Shown here: one piece after another, positions 39,940 through 52,264 of the stretch
Numbering within the stretch: position 1 is the stretch's first letter
Layout of the letters: the number at the start of each line of letters is the position of its first letter
NCBI GenBank assembly: GCA_951406725.2
Contig: OX597818.1
Coordinates: 34,596,001 to 34,660,000, forward strand
Length of the DNA: 64,000 bases
DNA from: Octopus vulgaris
Taxonomy: Eukaryota
Direction of reading: 5' to 3'
The notes under the pieces: generated by a model
What the model saw: the letters and a program-made list of their open reading frames with translations, nothing else
Told to the model about the DNA's origin: nothing
The model's database searches: none
Made by a program: the position numbers and the translations under genes

Positions 39940-40260
39940 AAATACCAGAAAAAATATAAAAGATTTTAGTAAAAATATCAGAGAAAATATCAAATTGTAG
40001 TATGATAGGAGTAGCACTTATGTGTGGAATTGAAAATATGTGTATATGGAGAGTAATGATAGACCTTGTATGATCACTATCAGATGGAATATCAAACCAT
40101 GAGCATATAGGTGTCAATAGACTAAATGTCAGTCTAGAACTAGGATTGATTCTTCTCTCTTCCTCCCCCTCTCCCCACACTCTCTCTGGTTTCCTCTCAC
40201 TCTCTCTTTCTGAAGGAGATCAGGTATATTGAAACCAGTAAAGAATGGGTTTTCCCCAGG
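39940..40260 (+). mobile_element. decayed Penelope-like GIY-YIG C-terminus plus hammerhead relic
   Basis: STYVWN*K...ITIRWNIKP*AY..TKC; ttt-CTGAAGG..GAAAC-ca-GTA-aag at 40205-40245. Confidence 0.5.
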
Positions 40261-40544
40261 TACAGATAGATATCTATAACATACCATACCTCACAATGGC
40301 ACATCAGGGCTTGAAGGTCAAAGTGAAGGCTGTATGCTGTAAAACTAGAAATAAACTCACAGTGAGCCTTTGGCCATGACTAGCTTCTAATCCCTAGAAG
40401 AAGCCCTTTCCCTTCCTTACTTTGTTTAAACTTCTTGTAAAAGGTTTCATTGTCACTATATCTTATTTATAAGTTTTCTTAATATAAATAGTCTTGTAAC
40501 TTCATAAAAAACCCCCATCATTTTGTTTTGCATTAGTATTCTTA

Positions 40545-40810
40545 AGGTACATGGCTCAGTGGTTAGAGTATTGGACTCTCAATCATGAGGTAGTGAGTTT
40601 GACTCCCAGACTGGGCTGTGTGCTGAGTTCTTGAGCAAGACATTTTGTTTTTATGTTGCTCCAGTTCACTCTGCAGTAGAAATGAGCTGCGACATCACTG
40701 GTGCCAAGCTGTTTCGGCCTTTGCCTTTGCCTTAGATAACATCAGTGGTGTGAAGAGAGGAGGCTGATATTCATGGGCGACTGCTGGTCCTCCATAAACA
40801 ACCTTGCCCA
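40545..40810 (+). mobile_element. tRNA/CORE-like SINE with a third tail type
   Basis: tggctcagtgg, gagtttgactcc, ttcttgagcaagaca. Confidence 0.7.
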
Positions 40811-41324
40811 GACTATGCTGGTAGAGCAACAATGGGGCAAGGCCCGCATAGCATTGCTTATTGCTTTCAGTATACACACCTATCTCAGAATACTGAGTAC
40901 TTGCATCACTTCTTCCCCTTCAGCACTATCATTCATGCTTTTATCACTTCCACTTCTCACTCTGTGAGGTTTGGCAATTTGAAGGGTATCAAGCTGTAGA
41001 AAATTTGCCACAGCTCTTTAGGATTCAGATTACTCTGTCAAATGTAATACTTATTCATTCATATTATTTTGAATTAATCATCTTTAGCGTGGTTGGTAAA
41101 TGATGCCATGTGGCTAACGGCCCTGGTAATACAATATCTTCTGGGTTAATAAGAGTCAAGATAACAAACATCAAGTAATAACAAGACAAGTTAAAGTTGA
41201 CTGCAACATTTATTCCAATGCTAAAAGGAAATAAGGCAACTGATATAACATGAATAAATCTATTTCGTTTTTGGATTTAGTTTGCAAGATTCTTTATATG
41301 AGTTTGTGTGTTGAAGCATATTCT

Positions 41325-41484
41325 GTTGTGTCTGGGAAGAGTCATTTTCTTTTTGTGCCTTATAATGTAACACACTCACCTGTAAAATTTTAGGAAAATA
41401 AAAATAAGAAATAAGTGGAAATTTTACCGGTGAGTGTGTTACATTATAAGGCACAAAAAGAAAATGACTCTCCCCAGACACAAC
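41325..41484. repeat. ~65-bp inverted repeat within a repeat also present at 42578-42705
   Basis: gttgtgtctggg..cactcacc.gtaaaatt versus aattttaccggtgagtg..cccagacacaac. Confidence 0.9.
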
Positions 41485-41600
41485 ATAAATAAATCTGTTA
41501 AATAAAATACATAGTTTCAAAGTGATTCTTGAAGATGAAGATGACCGCTGGAAAAACACAAAACATGGTATCAAGGAATTCTGCTGCAGTTCTTTCCTCA

Positions 41601-42759
41601 CTAACGTTATAGAAGGCCAGTTGGCATGAAGAAGTTAGCTTGCCATCTTCATCTGATGATGGTTATCGCATTAGTAAACAAAGAAAGAACTGCTGCCGAA
41701 AGTAGTTTGATAGGGAAAGGAATAATGTCATTTTATACTGCTCTCATGCCAAAGATCCAAAATCGCTCAATGTGACCTCCCACATTTTGGAATTAGTGGG
41801 GAAAAGCTTCCCCTAAATAGCTGATGTACGGATGCTTGGCTAGTTTTATCACATTAAGGAGTGGACAGTACACATAAAGCTAAATGGATTTGACCATCAT
41901 GCAATGAGCCAAAATGGGTAGCTAAAGGTAAAAAGGCAAAATGCGGATATCTAAAGGTAAAGAGTAAACATACTTCTGCTACACCTGCATTATTTTGTAA
42001 TTTTGAAATTTTGATGTCATGATTGTGTATTCTTAGAATGACATTGTAGGGTAGGATGAAAGCTGAATTTGCCTGGTTTCAGCAGAAAACAAGAAGAATA
42101 TTCGGTCTGGATACAACCAGTTTAAATGCAAGAGGGTTAATGAGATCTGTCTGACCCATGCAAGCGTGGTAATATTTCCCCATGGCTGGGCATGTTTGCA
42201 TGGAAGATTGGAAATGAATGACATTACTTGACAATATTTATAGAAAAAAGAAAAATTCTAACGTTATAGAAGGCCAGTTGGCATGAAGAAGTTAGCTTGC
42301 CATCTTCATCTGATGATGGTTATCGCATTAGTAAACAAAGAAAGAACTGCTGCCGAAAGTAGTTTGATAGGGAAAGGAATAATGTCATTTTATACTGTTT
42401 TCTCAACAAATGTAATTATCTATTTTGGACAGTGATTCTCACTTATAACTAATTTGAGACACAAGTTCACACACACATGCACAAACACAAAAACACACAC
42501 ACAGATTCATAAATGCATATATATATATATGCATATATATATAAATGCATATATATATATATCTTAAATATTATTACGTTTTTGGATTTGGTTTGCAAGA
42601 TTCTTTATATGAGTTCGTGTATTGAAGCATATTCTGTTGTGTCTGGGGAGAGTCATTTTCTTTTTGTGCCTTATAATGTAACACACTCACCGGTAAAATT
42701 TCCACTTTTTTTCTAAAATATTAAATATTTATAAATTCCATCCTAGAATAATTGTTATC

Positions 42760-42791
<32 letters not shown>

Positions 42792-43117
42792 AATCCAAAC
42801 GGGAAACAAAAAAACAACAACAAGGGAACAATTACAGTATTATTATTAATAGGCGCTCAGGAAATGGAAGCAGGGATATATATATATGCATGTATGTATC
42901 TAGACACGTGAAATATATAGGGTAGCGAATATTTTTAGAAATTTCACTACTATATATCTAAACAGGTAGGACTAAACCTTAAGCCATGTGGATGAGAAGC
43001 AAACTTCTTAACTGGACACCATGCTTACATCTACATGTACACACCCACAAATGCTTAGACTCATACGTGTGTGTGTGTGTGTGTGTGTGAGTGTGTATGT
43101 ATGTGTGAATTTGTGTA

Positions 43118-43154
<37 letters not shown>

Positions 43155-43167
43155 CTATATATATGTA

Positions 43168-43206
<39 letters not shown>

Positions 43207-43264
43207 TATATACAATATATCTATTGTATCTATATATACATCTCTCTATGCATACATATATACA

Positions 43265-43331
<67 letters not shown>

Positions 43332-43609
43332 TTATAAATAAGGATAATACCGATATTTAAATTTTGATATTATCAAGTGGCCAGCATGGGAATAAATACC
43401 ATACAAAGGTAATAATTTTTTTACAACTATAAATAAGGGTATCTGAGAGACACCACCATGCCGAAATAGCAGTCAAATCCCTGACTCTAAAAACCACCTT
43501 AAATGTTCACATTTAAGGTGGTTTTTAGATACCCTTATTTATAGTTATATATATATATATACATACATACATATATATCGAATATAAATGTGTGTATACG
43601 TTTGTGTGT

Positions 43610-43664
<55 letters not shown>

Positions 43665-44120
43665 AGTGTGTGTGTGTGTGGATATATTACTGTAATAGTT
43701 TCTTATATTTCTCACATTTGGAATGGCTGACAACTTAATAATAGCAGCCGATTGTTGTCGACTCAAGCGCCATCTACTGACTGTCTTCGTCTCTAAGGGG
43801 AAGAAAGCATTGCATTTTCCTGAATAAGAAACTATGAACAAAATAGCATTTTCCCAGCTTTGGGATTCAGAACGGAATATTTCCATTTTTGCATTCACAT
43901 TCAAGTAATTTTTTTTGGCTAATATTTCTAGGAAAGAAAAAATCCTAACGTTGTGAAAAGGATAGTCGGCGTGAAGAAGTTAGCTAGCCATCATCACCAG
44001 ATGATGGTCGCAGCATTAGTAAACATGAAAGAGCTGCTACCGAAAGTAGTTTGAGAGGGAAAGGAATAAACGTCATTTTAGACCGTTTTCTCACCAAAAT
44101 TAATTACCTAATTTGGACAA
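41601..44120 (+). repeat. three copies of a ~140-180-bp segment (41601-41740, 42258-42431, 43945-44120)
   Basis: copies 1 and 2 identical by eye, copy 3 diverged. Confidence 0.9.
43716..43886 (-). CDS. candidate 5' exon of a minus-strand gene
   Basis: CpG-rich unique sequence; aaaATGg start; GTGAGA donor at 43715; reading frame ambiguous. Confidence 0.35.
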
Positions 44121-44137
44121 AGTATTAAGTTCGAACC

Positions 44138-44421
44138 ATGAATAAACAACACGCTCGAAGTTTACTGGAGTTGGGACACAGGGATGAAGATAATTTGGAT
44201 TTAGCAGCCGACACTCCTGGAGTTTTACAACACCGTCAACATCACCAGTCGTCTTCATCGATGTCCAGTACTCCTTATAATGCTGCTTTTTCAACTACTA
44301 ACCAAAGTTCTTCTCACGGAAGGGATTCGGGATTAATGGTTGATGTTACACCCCCAAGAAGTCCGAAAATCGGACACAAAAACCAGGACCGGCGCCATTC
44401 CCCGAAACCTCTTCACAGACA
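44138..44421 (+). CDS. first coding exon of an unidentified gene (Ser/Pro-rich, likely disordered)
   Basis: accATG, 94 open codons, CpG-rich, consensus GTAAGT donor at 44422 (phase 2). Confidence 0.65.
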
Positions 44422-44577
44422 GTAAGTATAGTCCATGTTTTTTTGTTTTTTTTTCACTCTATTTATATATATATATACTTTCCGTCTGTGATTATTCGCT
44501 CATACTTTTTGTTTATGGAAATGAAGCATTTATACCTACGAAGCTAAGAAGAAACTAAAAGCTATCTATTAAGAATT

Positions 44578-44648
<71 letters not shown>

Positions 44649-45199
44649 ATGTCAGGTGATATCGAAGTAAATTTCATAAATAAATCCGATGTAAGATGCT
44701 TTCTTTCTTTCTGTCTGTCTGTCTTTCTGTTTCTAATTATAATTGAGTTTTGACGAACGTTTATTTAAAGCTCCGTGTCTAATTTAATTGGTTACCATAT
44801 TCTTTGCTATTGCTATTGCTATTATTGTATGTCTCTCATTTTTTAAAATTTTTTATCATCTCTGTATAGGTACTTGGCGAAAATTATTTGCAGTCTTTCA
44901 AAATCATTATACGTACACCGTTCATGTACACGCATGCATGTATTTATACCTAAACCAAAAAAACAACAAAACAAAAACACCTCTAATATACATACGAAAC
45001 AGAACTCATCGACACTCACTCACGTAATGTTTACATAGATGTTTACTCATGTGTGAGGGTCGCATCTAAGTGCGTATATATATGTGTGTGTGTATGTTTG
45101 AATGTATGTAATGATAATGTGTGTGTGTTGTATGTATATATATTGTAGGCAATCTTGTAGTTGTATAATACTAATATTTATATACACTCACACATATAT

Positions 45200-45251
<52 letters not shown>

Positions 45252-46249
45252 TTTTTACGTAATGTGCGTGTGTGACACACCATTTTAACGTACATATTCC
45301 ATGTGGGCATGGGTCGGACGGTTTGACAATATCTGATGAGCTAGAGGACGGCGTTTAATTCACAGTGTCTCCTCTGACATGGTTTCTACAGACGGATGCC
45401 CTCCCTGTCGCCAACCACGTAATTGGTTGCTTTTTTTCGTCGCACCAGCACTAGGGAGGTCGCCAAGTAATTTTCTGGAGTTACTTGGTGATCTCGACTG
45501 AGTGGAGGTATAGTATTGATGGGGTGACCTTGTGCCAGGTGTTGAAAGACCAAAGTACGATAAAGTGACAGGAACAGGTGTTTTGTTATGGAGAAGATTA
45601 ATAGCTATCTTAGAGAGAGAGAAAAGATAGTGGAGATTATGCGTCAAAGTGTTTATAAGGAGAGAATAGATAGAGAATTTAAGATGGCTGGGTGATGGGT
45701 AGGTTTGTAAGAATGTGAAAAGGAAGTGACAAACGTTAGAGGTGGGGATAGAAGTGAATGGTAAACATGGGTGGAAGTGTGGTCAGTGGTGAGTTTCAGT
45801 TTGGCTGAAGTGGGAGGTGAAACAAAATAAGAGTAATTTAGTGAGGAGGAGTTGGCAGGTGGCAATACATAAAAAGCAACAGTGACAGAAACGTAGGTCA
45901 GAAGTACATATGGGTACATATAGTGACAAAAAAAAAAAGGTAAGAGCACGTCGATGGCAGATATGAGAAGCTGATCAGGCATTCAGTGAAACATAAAAGT
46001 GGTAAGGGATAATGTTGAGAATGCAAGATGAGTGACAAGGGAAATGGCCCAAGCAGAGGGGTAACTGATAACACAAAGTGGAGATGGAATATTTGCAGTT
46101 CTGCTCTTATAGTAGCTGAGGAAATAGTTTGAAGGGATAGATGTTACGAAGATAAATTATGGGAATGATTTGACAGGTATAGATTGGTTGCAAGTGGTGA
46201 GGGTGCATAGATATAAATGACATATTTTTAGGACCTCATTTTCTGATGA

Positions 46250-46930
46250 GATGAACGGGTCTTCTTGAGAATGGTGACTCGCCAATCATGTCAGTCCTTT
46301 GTCAACTTGTCTATGACGCTCAGCACTCCGAGCCTGGTCATCACTACTTTGTCCCATGTCTTCATGGGTCACCGTCTTCCGGAAGTTTCATTGACATTTA
46401 GCAATTGGCACTTCTTTATGCAACTGTTCTCATCCATATACATCACATGACCATACTGGTGCCGTCTTCTGTCTTGCACATTACGTCTCAAATTTCTTAT
46501 GCCCAATTTCTCTCTCAAGCACATTTGCTCTTTATTGTACATGCACACTTACATTGTACATCCAGCAGAGCATGCTAGCTTAATTTTTTTCTAGTCTTTG
46601 CATAACCACTGTATTCACAGCCCCTATTTCACTACCATGTAGCATTGCTGTTTATACACAAACATCATACAATCTGTCTTTCTCACCGAGAGAGAGAGAG
46701 AGAAGTGGTGGTGGGGAGAGGGAGTTTTTTTTTTCTTGAAAGAGGTAAAACTTTGCTCCATCTCATTCTTATTCTAGCTACTATACTTTCAGAACATCTT
46801 TGTGCACTGCTAATTAGGTCATCTAGGTAACAGAAACTCTCTACTACCTCTAAGGATCCTCCTGGGCATTTGAGGAAATGTATTTCTTGGCTGTTCTTAG
46901 TGTTTATTGTTCCTGTGCATCTACTACAAA
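46250..46930 (-). mobile_element. decayed RTE LINE 3' region
   Basis: WYGHV and CYLDDLISS motifs; homologous to 6620-7200. Confidence 0.7.
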
Positions 46931-46977
46931 CAAAGTCTACTTTCCGTTAATATTCCTGTACTTTGTGTGCCTATGTT

Positions 46978-47008
<31 letters not shown>

Positions 47009-50000
47009 CTACTCACAAAGCATTAGGAAGGACATCCATTCATAGAAACCATGCCAACACAGATACTGGAGTATGATGCAGTCCTTTGGCATCATCAGAT
47101 CCTGTCAAACAATCCAACCCATCCCAGCATGGAACACGAATGTTAAATGACGATTGTAATATACATATGTATTGTTTTGATGGTGTGAAACTGGCAGATG
47201 GTTTTTGTGACTGGCAACTGACAATAACTTTACCACTTGTGCCTGTGTAAACAAAATTACTAACACTCACTCAGAAATGCATGTAAATGTTACAGTTAAC
47301 AGTGTAATGGAGTGCAATATATTGTATGATCAACTGTAGGCTACAAAATTGGACCACTAAGCTAGCCTGTTAAGGAGGGTTGCCAGAAACCCTGCAAGAC
47401 AGATGTATCCAGCATTGGGGGAGTTAAAAATTCAAGGTTAGCATCAGGCATGCTATAAGAAGATCTCTGGGAGTAAGGTAAACCTTAGCTTTCAATTAAG
47501 TATTTCGTTAGAAGAAAGGTACCCTTTATGCAAAGAAGGGTGTTGACTATTTTGAGTATTTTCAGTGGCAACTAACAATCATGCTGCTCTCACACCCTTT
47601 AACTTTATTGGTAGTAAATATGTCTTTGGATCTTAAAGATCATCTTCACCTTATTGGCATGATCCAAATTCTGACTAAAATTCTGACTGAGTTATGTGAT
47701 GATGAAAATGTGGTGATGTGTGTTGTCATTACAGGTTGGAAGTATGTAGTTAATGACCCCTGCATTCTCTTGCAGATTTATTATATATTATAATATATCT
47801 ATCATGATCATCATATATATCTATGAGTGTGTGTATATATGTCCATGAGAAGACATGTCAGGCTAAGTGATATCATGGTTATAACTAGTATCAGTGACAC
47901 ATAAAAGGCACCTGTGTTGATGTGACATATAAAAGGCACCTGTGCCAGTAACACATAAGAGGCACCTGTATTGGTGACACATAAAAGAAACCTAGTACAC
48001 CCTGTAAAGTGGTTGGCATTAGAAAAAGCATCCAGCTGTAGAAACCAAACCAAAATGGATAAATGGAACCATGTGCAGCTTTCCGGCTTACCAGCTCCGG
48101 TCAAACTGTCAGGATGGAAAACAGACGTTAAATGATGATGATGTGTATATATTGTCATCATCATATTAATTTCCATGCTCACAAGGGCTGGATAAAATTT
48201 GTTAAGGCTGTGGCTGGATACCCTTTGTATTGCCAACCATCACCTGTTTCCAAGTAAAGTGATATTTCCCCATGACCATGTGTATTTTCATAGAAGATGG
48301 GAAACAAAGGATGCTGTTTGCTTGATATCACTTGTTTACAACTATGACACACTGTCAATGCAAAAAGTTAGTAATGTACATGCACAAATGCATGTACACA
48401 CATGCACACACACACATAACACTCACATACACACACAAACCAAGAAACATATATGTGCTTTCAAATATGACCCTATTCTATGCCCCATTTCTAAGAAGTG
48501 CCTTATATTTCAGCCACTCCACTGCCTGCTGGGCTATCTTGACTTCCTCTCTGTTCTCTCTGCATTGCTTGCACCAGACACTTCGATGTCCCCTGAACCA
48601 GTATACTGTGTCACTGAGTTCCTCCCTGACAAAACTAAATGAAAGCTTGAGCTGTTGCTCCTTCTGTACAGCCTAATACTTCTTGAGTCATGTGACAACT
48701 CTAGCCATCTCACCTTACACTCCAAGACCTAAACTATTGTCATGGAGACTTCATAGATGAGCCAAAGGAGGAGCCCTGTTGGTAAACCCAAGCTTTCTAT
48801 AGAACATCTTTGTGCACTGCTAATTAGGTCATCTAGGTAACAGAAACTCTCTACTACCTCTAAGGATCCTCCTGGGCATTTGAGGAAATGTATTTCTTGG
48901 CTGTTCTTAGTGTTTATTGTTCCTGTGCATCTACTACAAACAAAGTCTACTTTCCGTTAATATTCCTGTACTTTGTGTGCCTATGTTTATATATATATAT
49001 ATATGTGTGTGTGTTTGTCTACTCACAAGGCATTAGGAAGGACATCCATTCATAGAAACCATGCCAACACAGATACTGGAGTATGATGCAGTCCTTTGGC
49101 GTCATCAGATCCTGTCAAACAATCCAACCCATCCCAGCATGGAACACGAATGTTAAATGACGATTGTAATATACATATGTATTGTTTTGATGGTGTGAAA
49201 CTGGCAGATGGTTTTTGTGACTGGCAACTGACAATAACTTTACCACTTGTGCCTGTGTAAACAAAATTACTAACACTCACTCAGAAATGCATGTAAATGT
49301 TACAGTTAACAGTGTAATGGAGTGCAATATATTGTATGATCAACTGTAGGCTACAAAATTGGACCACTAAGTTAGCCTGTTAAGGAGGGTTGCCAGAAAC
49401 CCTGCAAGACAGATGTATCCAGCATTGGGGGAGTTAAAAATTCAAGGTTAGCATCAGGCATGCTATAAGAAGATCTCTGGGAGTAAGGTAAACCTTAGCT
49501 TTCAATTAAGTATTTCTTTAGAAGAAAGGTACCCTTTATGCAAAGAAGGGTGTTGACTATTTTGAGTATTTTCAGTGGCAACTAACAATCATGCTGATCT
49601 CACACCCTTTAACTTTATTGGTAGTAGATATGTCTTTGGATCTTAAAGATCATCTTCACCTTATTGGCATGATCCAAATTCTGACTAAAATTCTGACTGA
49701 GTTATGTGATGATGAAAATGTGGTGATGTGTGCTGTCATTACAGGTTGGAAGTATGTAGTTAATGACCCCTGCATTCTCTTGCAGATTTATTATATATTA
49801 TAATATATCTATCATGATCATCATATATATCTATGAGTGTGTGTATATATGTCCATGAGAAGACATGTCAGGCTAAGTGATATCATGGTTATAACCAGTA
49901 TCAGTGACACATAAAAGGCACCTGTGCTGATGTGACATTTAAAAGGCACCTGTGCCAGTAACACATAAGAGGCACCTGTATTGGTGACACATAAAAGAAA

Positions 50001-50816
50001 CCTAGTACACCCTGTAAAGTGGTTGGCATTAGAAAAAGCATCCAGCTGTAGAAACCAAACCAAAATGGATAAATGGAACCATGTGCAGCTTTCCGGCTTA
50101 CCAGCTCCGGTCAAACTGTCAGGATGGAAAACAGACGTTAAATGATGATGATGTGTATATATTGTCATCATCATATTAATTTCCATGCTCACAAGGGCTG
50201 GATAAAATTTGTTAAGGCTGTGGCTGGATACCCTTTGTATTGCCAACCATCACCTGTTTCCAAGTAAAGTGATATTTCCCCATGACCATGTGTATTTTCA
50301 TAGAAGATGGGAAACAAAGGATGCTGTTTGCTTGATATCACTTGTTTACAACTATGACACACTGTCAATGCAAAAAGTTAGTAATGTACATATACACATA
50401 TGCACAAATGCATGTACACACATGCACACACACACATAACACTCACATACACACACAAACCAACAAACATATATGTGCTTTCAAATATGACCCTATTCTA
50501 TGCCCCATTTCTAAGAAGTGCCTTATATTTCAGCCACTCCACTGCCTGCTGGGCTATCTTGACTTCCTCTCTGTTCTCTCTGCATTGCTTGCACCAGACA
50601 CTTCGATGTCCCCTGAACCAGTATACTGTGTCACTGAGTTCCTCCCTGACAAAACTAAATGAAAGCTTGAGCTGTTGCTCCTTCTGTACAGCCTAATACT
50701 TCTTGAGTCATGTGACAACTCTAGCCATCTCACCTTACACTCCAAGACCTAAACTATTGTCATGGAGACTTCATAAATGAGCCAAAGGAGGACCCCTTTT
50801 GGTAAACCCAAGCTTT
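46791..50816 (+). repeat. 2.0-kb tandem duplication (46791-48796, 48801-50816)
   Basis: near-identical copies, offset 2010 then 2020 after a 10-bp indel. Confidence 0.95.
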
Positions 50817-51850
50817 TAATCTTCCTGGTAATCCAGACTTATCTATAGCTCTTGACTAGTTCTGGTTGCCTTGATGGAATCAGTGTCCTTCAGACTGCAG
50901 TTGAAAGCCTTCTTAAAATTCTTCACTGTTTTTTTCTTTTCATGTGTTTATGTGTGACAAACAGCACCTGGCCTTCTACCTTGTGTCAGTTCTTGTTGGT
51001 GTAAGTTTGGAACTTATTTGCACCCATACCACAAGCTTCTCTACTGGCAGATTCATTTGGCTCCCTGCACTTTTGTTGTCACTGTGAGATCGTCCATGGA
51101 GGCTCTTATGGGTGGTTACTTTATTCCAGTCTTGCTGAAAGGGCCCCAGTGTCTTCTCTGTTGACTTTTCCAGCATGTTCAATGTGAGTGCAAAAGACAC
51201 CAAGATGGTACACCTGGTGTTAATTCTCACTTTTAGGGCTCTCTAAAGCTGATGGATTAGCTTGGGATAGATATTGTGTAAACTTTGTAAGGGACTCCAC
51301 TTTTATTTTTCACCCTTTTCCCTCTATCCTTCACTTCTTTCAGGCAAAGCTCCTCCAAATTGAATTCCTGTAACTGGTCTCTTTTAATGTCATTTTCACA
51401 TCTTGTGAGGTGCTTGTTGATGGTGTCTCTGGAACAGTCAAGTGGCTGATCCCTATCTGACCAAGAAGCTGTTTTGATATCTATTGGGGCTATCCAGAAA
51501 TGAAATGTCGTTGGCGATTTGGCCTCCTCTATCCCAAATTGTTCAGCTGTGAATTTCACTATGATAGTGGCCAAATTTTAGCCAGTGGTCCACATCTTCC
51601 CTGGCAGTTCTTTCCAATATTTGATCAACATCATCAAATTGTTGTCACTCTGATATTTTGGGAGAATGGATCACTGGGTACTAGGATGGGTCAGTAGACT
51701 GTAGCCAACTGATGGATCAAACAGCAGACATTTAGTGGCAACTGTAGGTGACACTTGGAGGCTCTGAGCATTATTGTTTGCCTTCAGGCTTGACTTCTCC
51801 TATGCCTCACCAGATGCTTCTGTTGAGTTTTGCTGTTACTTTTACTGTCA
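50500..51850 (-). mobile_element. decayed HERO/R2-group non-LTR element
   Basis: EFNLEEL.LKEV...SGVPYKVY; LYRRS..QY.GSGDIEV..RTERK. Confidence 0.55.
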
Positions 51851-51986
51851 CACATCTCATCCTTGTATGTGTATGTGTGTATATATATATATATAGTTGA
51901 AATTTATAGAAAAACAAAAGATGAAGACAGGTGTATGAACAACAAGCAAGTGTATTAGTTTCATGCCTGGGAAAAATGCAAAACGT

Positions 51987-52023
51987 CTTTTACGTTTCGA
52001 CCCTATGCTCTTCAACAGAAAAG
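51987..52023 (-). ncRNA. minimal hammerhead-like motif, third family copy (repeat 51896-52085)
   Basis: ctttt-CTGTTGA-a-gagc-atag-ggtc-GAAAC-GTA-aaag. Confidence 0.5.
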
Positions 52024-52230
52024 AATGAGAGAACATAATGAGAGAGAATGAAAAAAAGCTTGTAGATTTCAGTGGTCCAACATGTTTGTATGTGTGTATG
52101 CACACACACACACACACCAAATCAAAAAAAAAATGTGCAAGACATGTTGTATGTCATGACAGCACCCTTACAATTACATCCACAAAATATTTATATATAT
52201 GTATATATATATATATATATATATTATATT

Positions 52231-52264
<34 letters not shown>

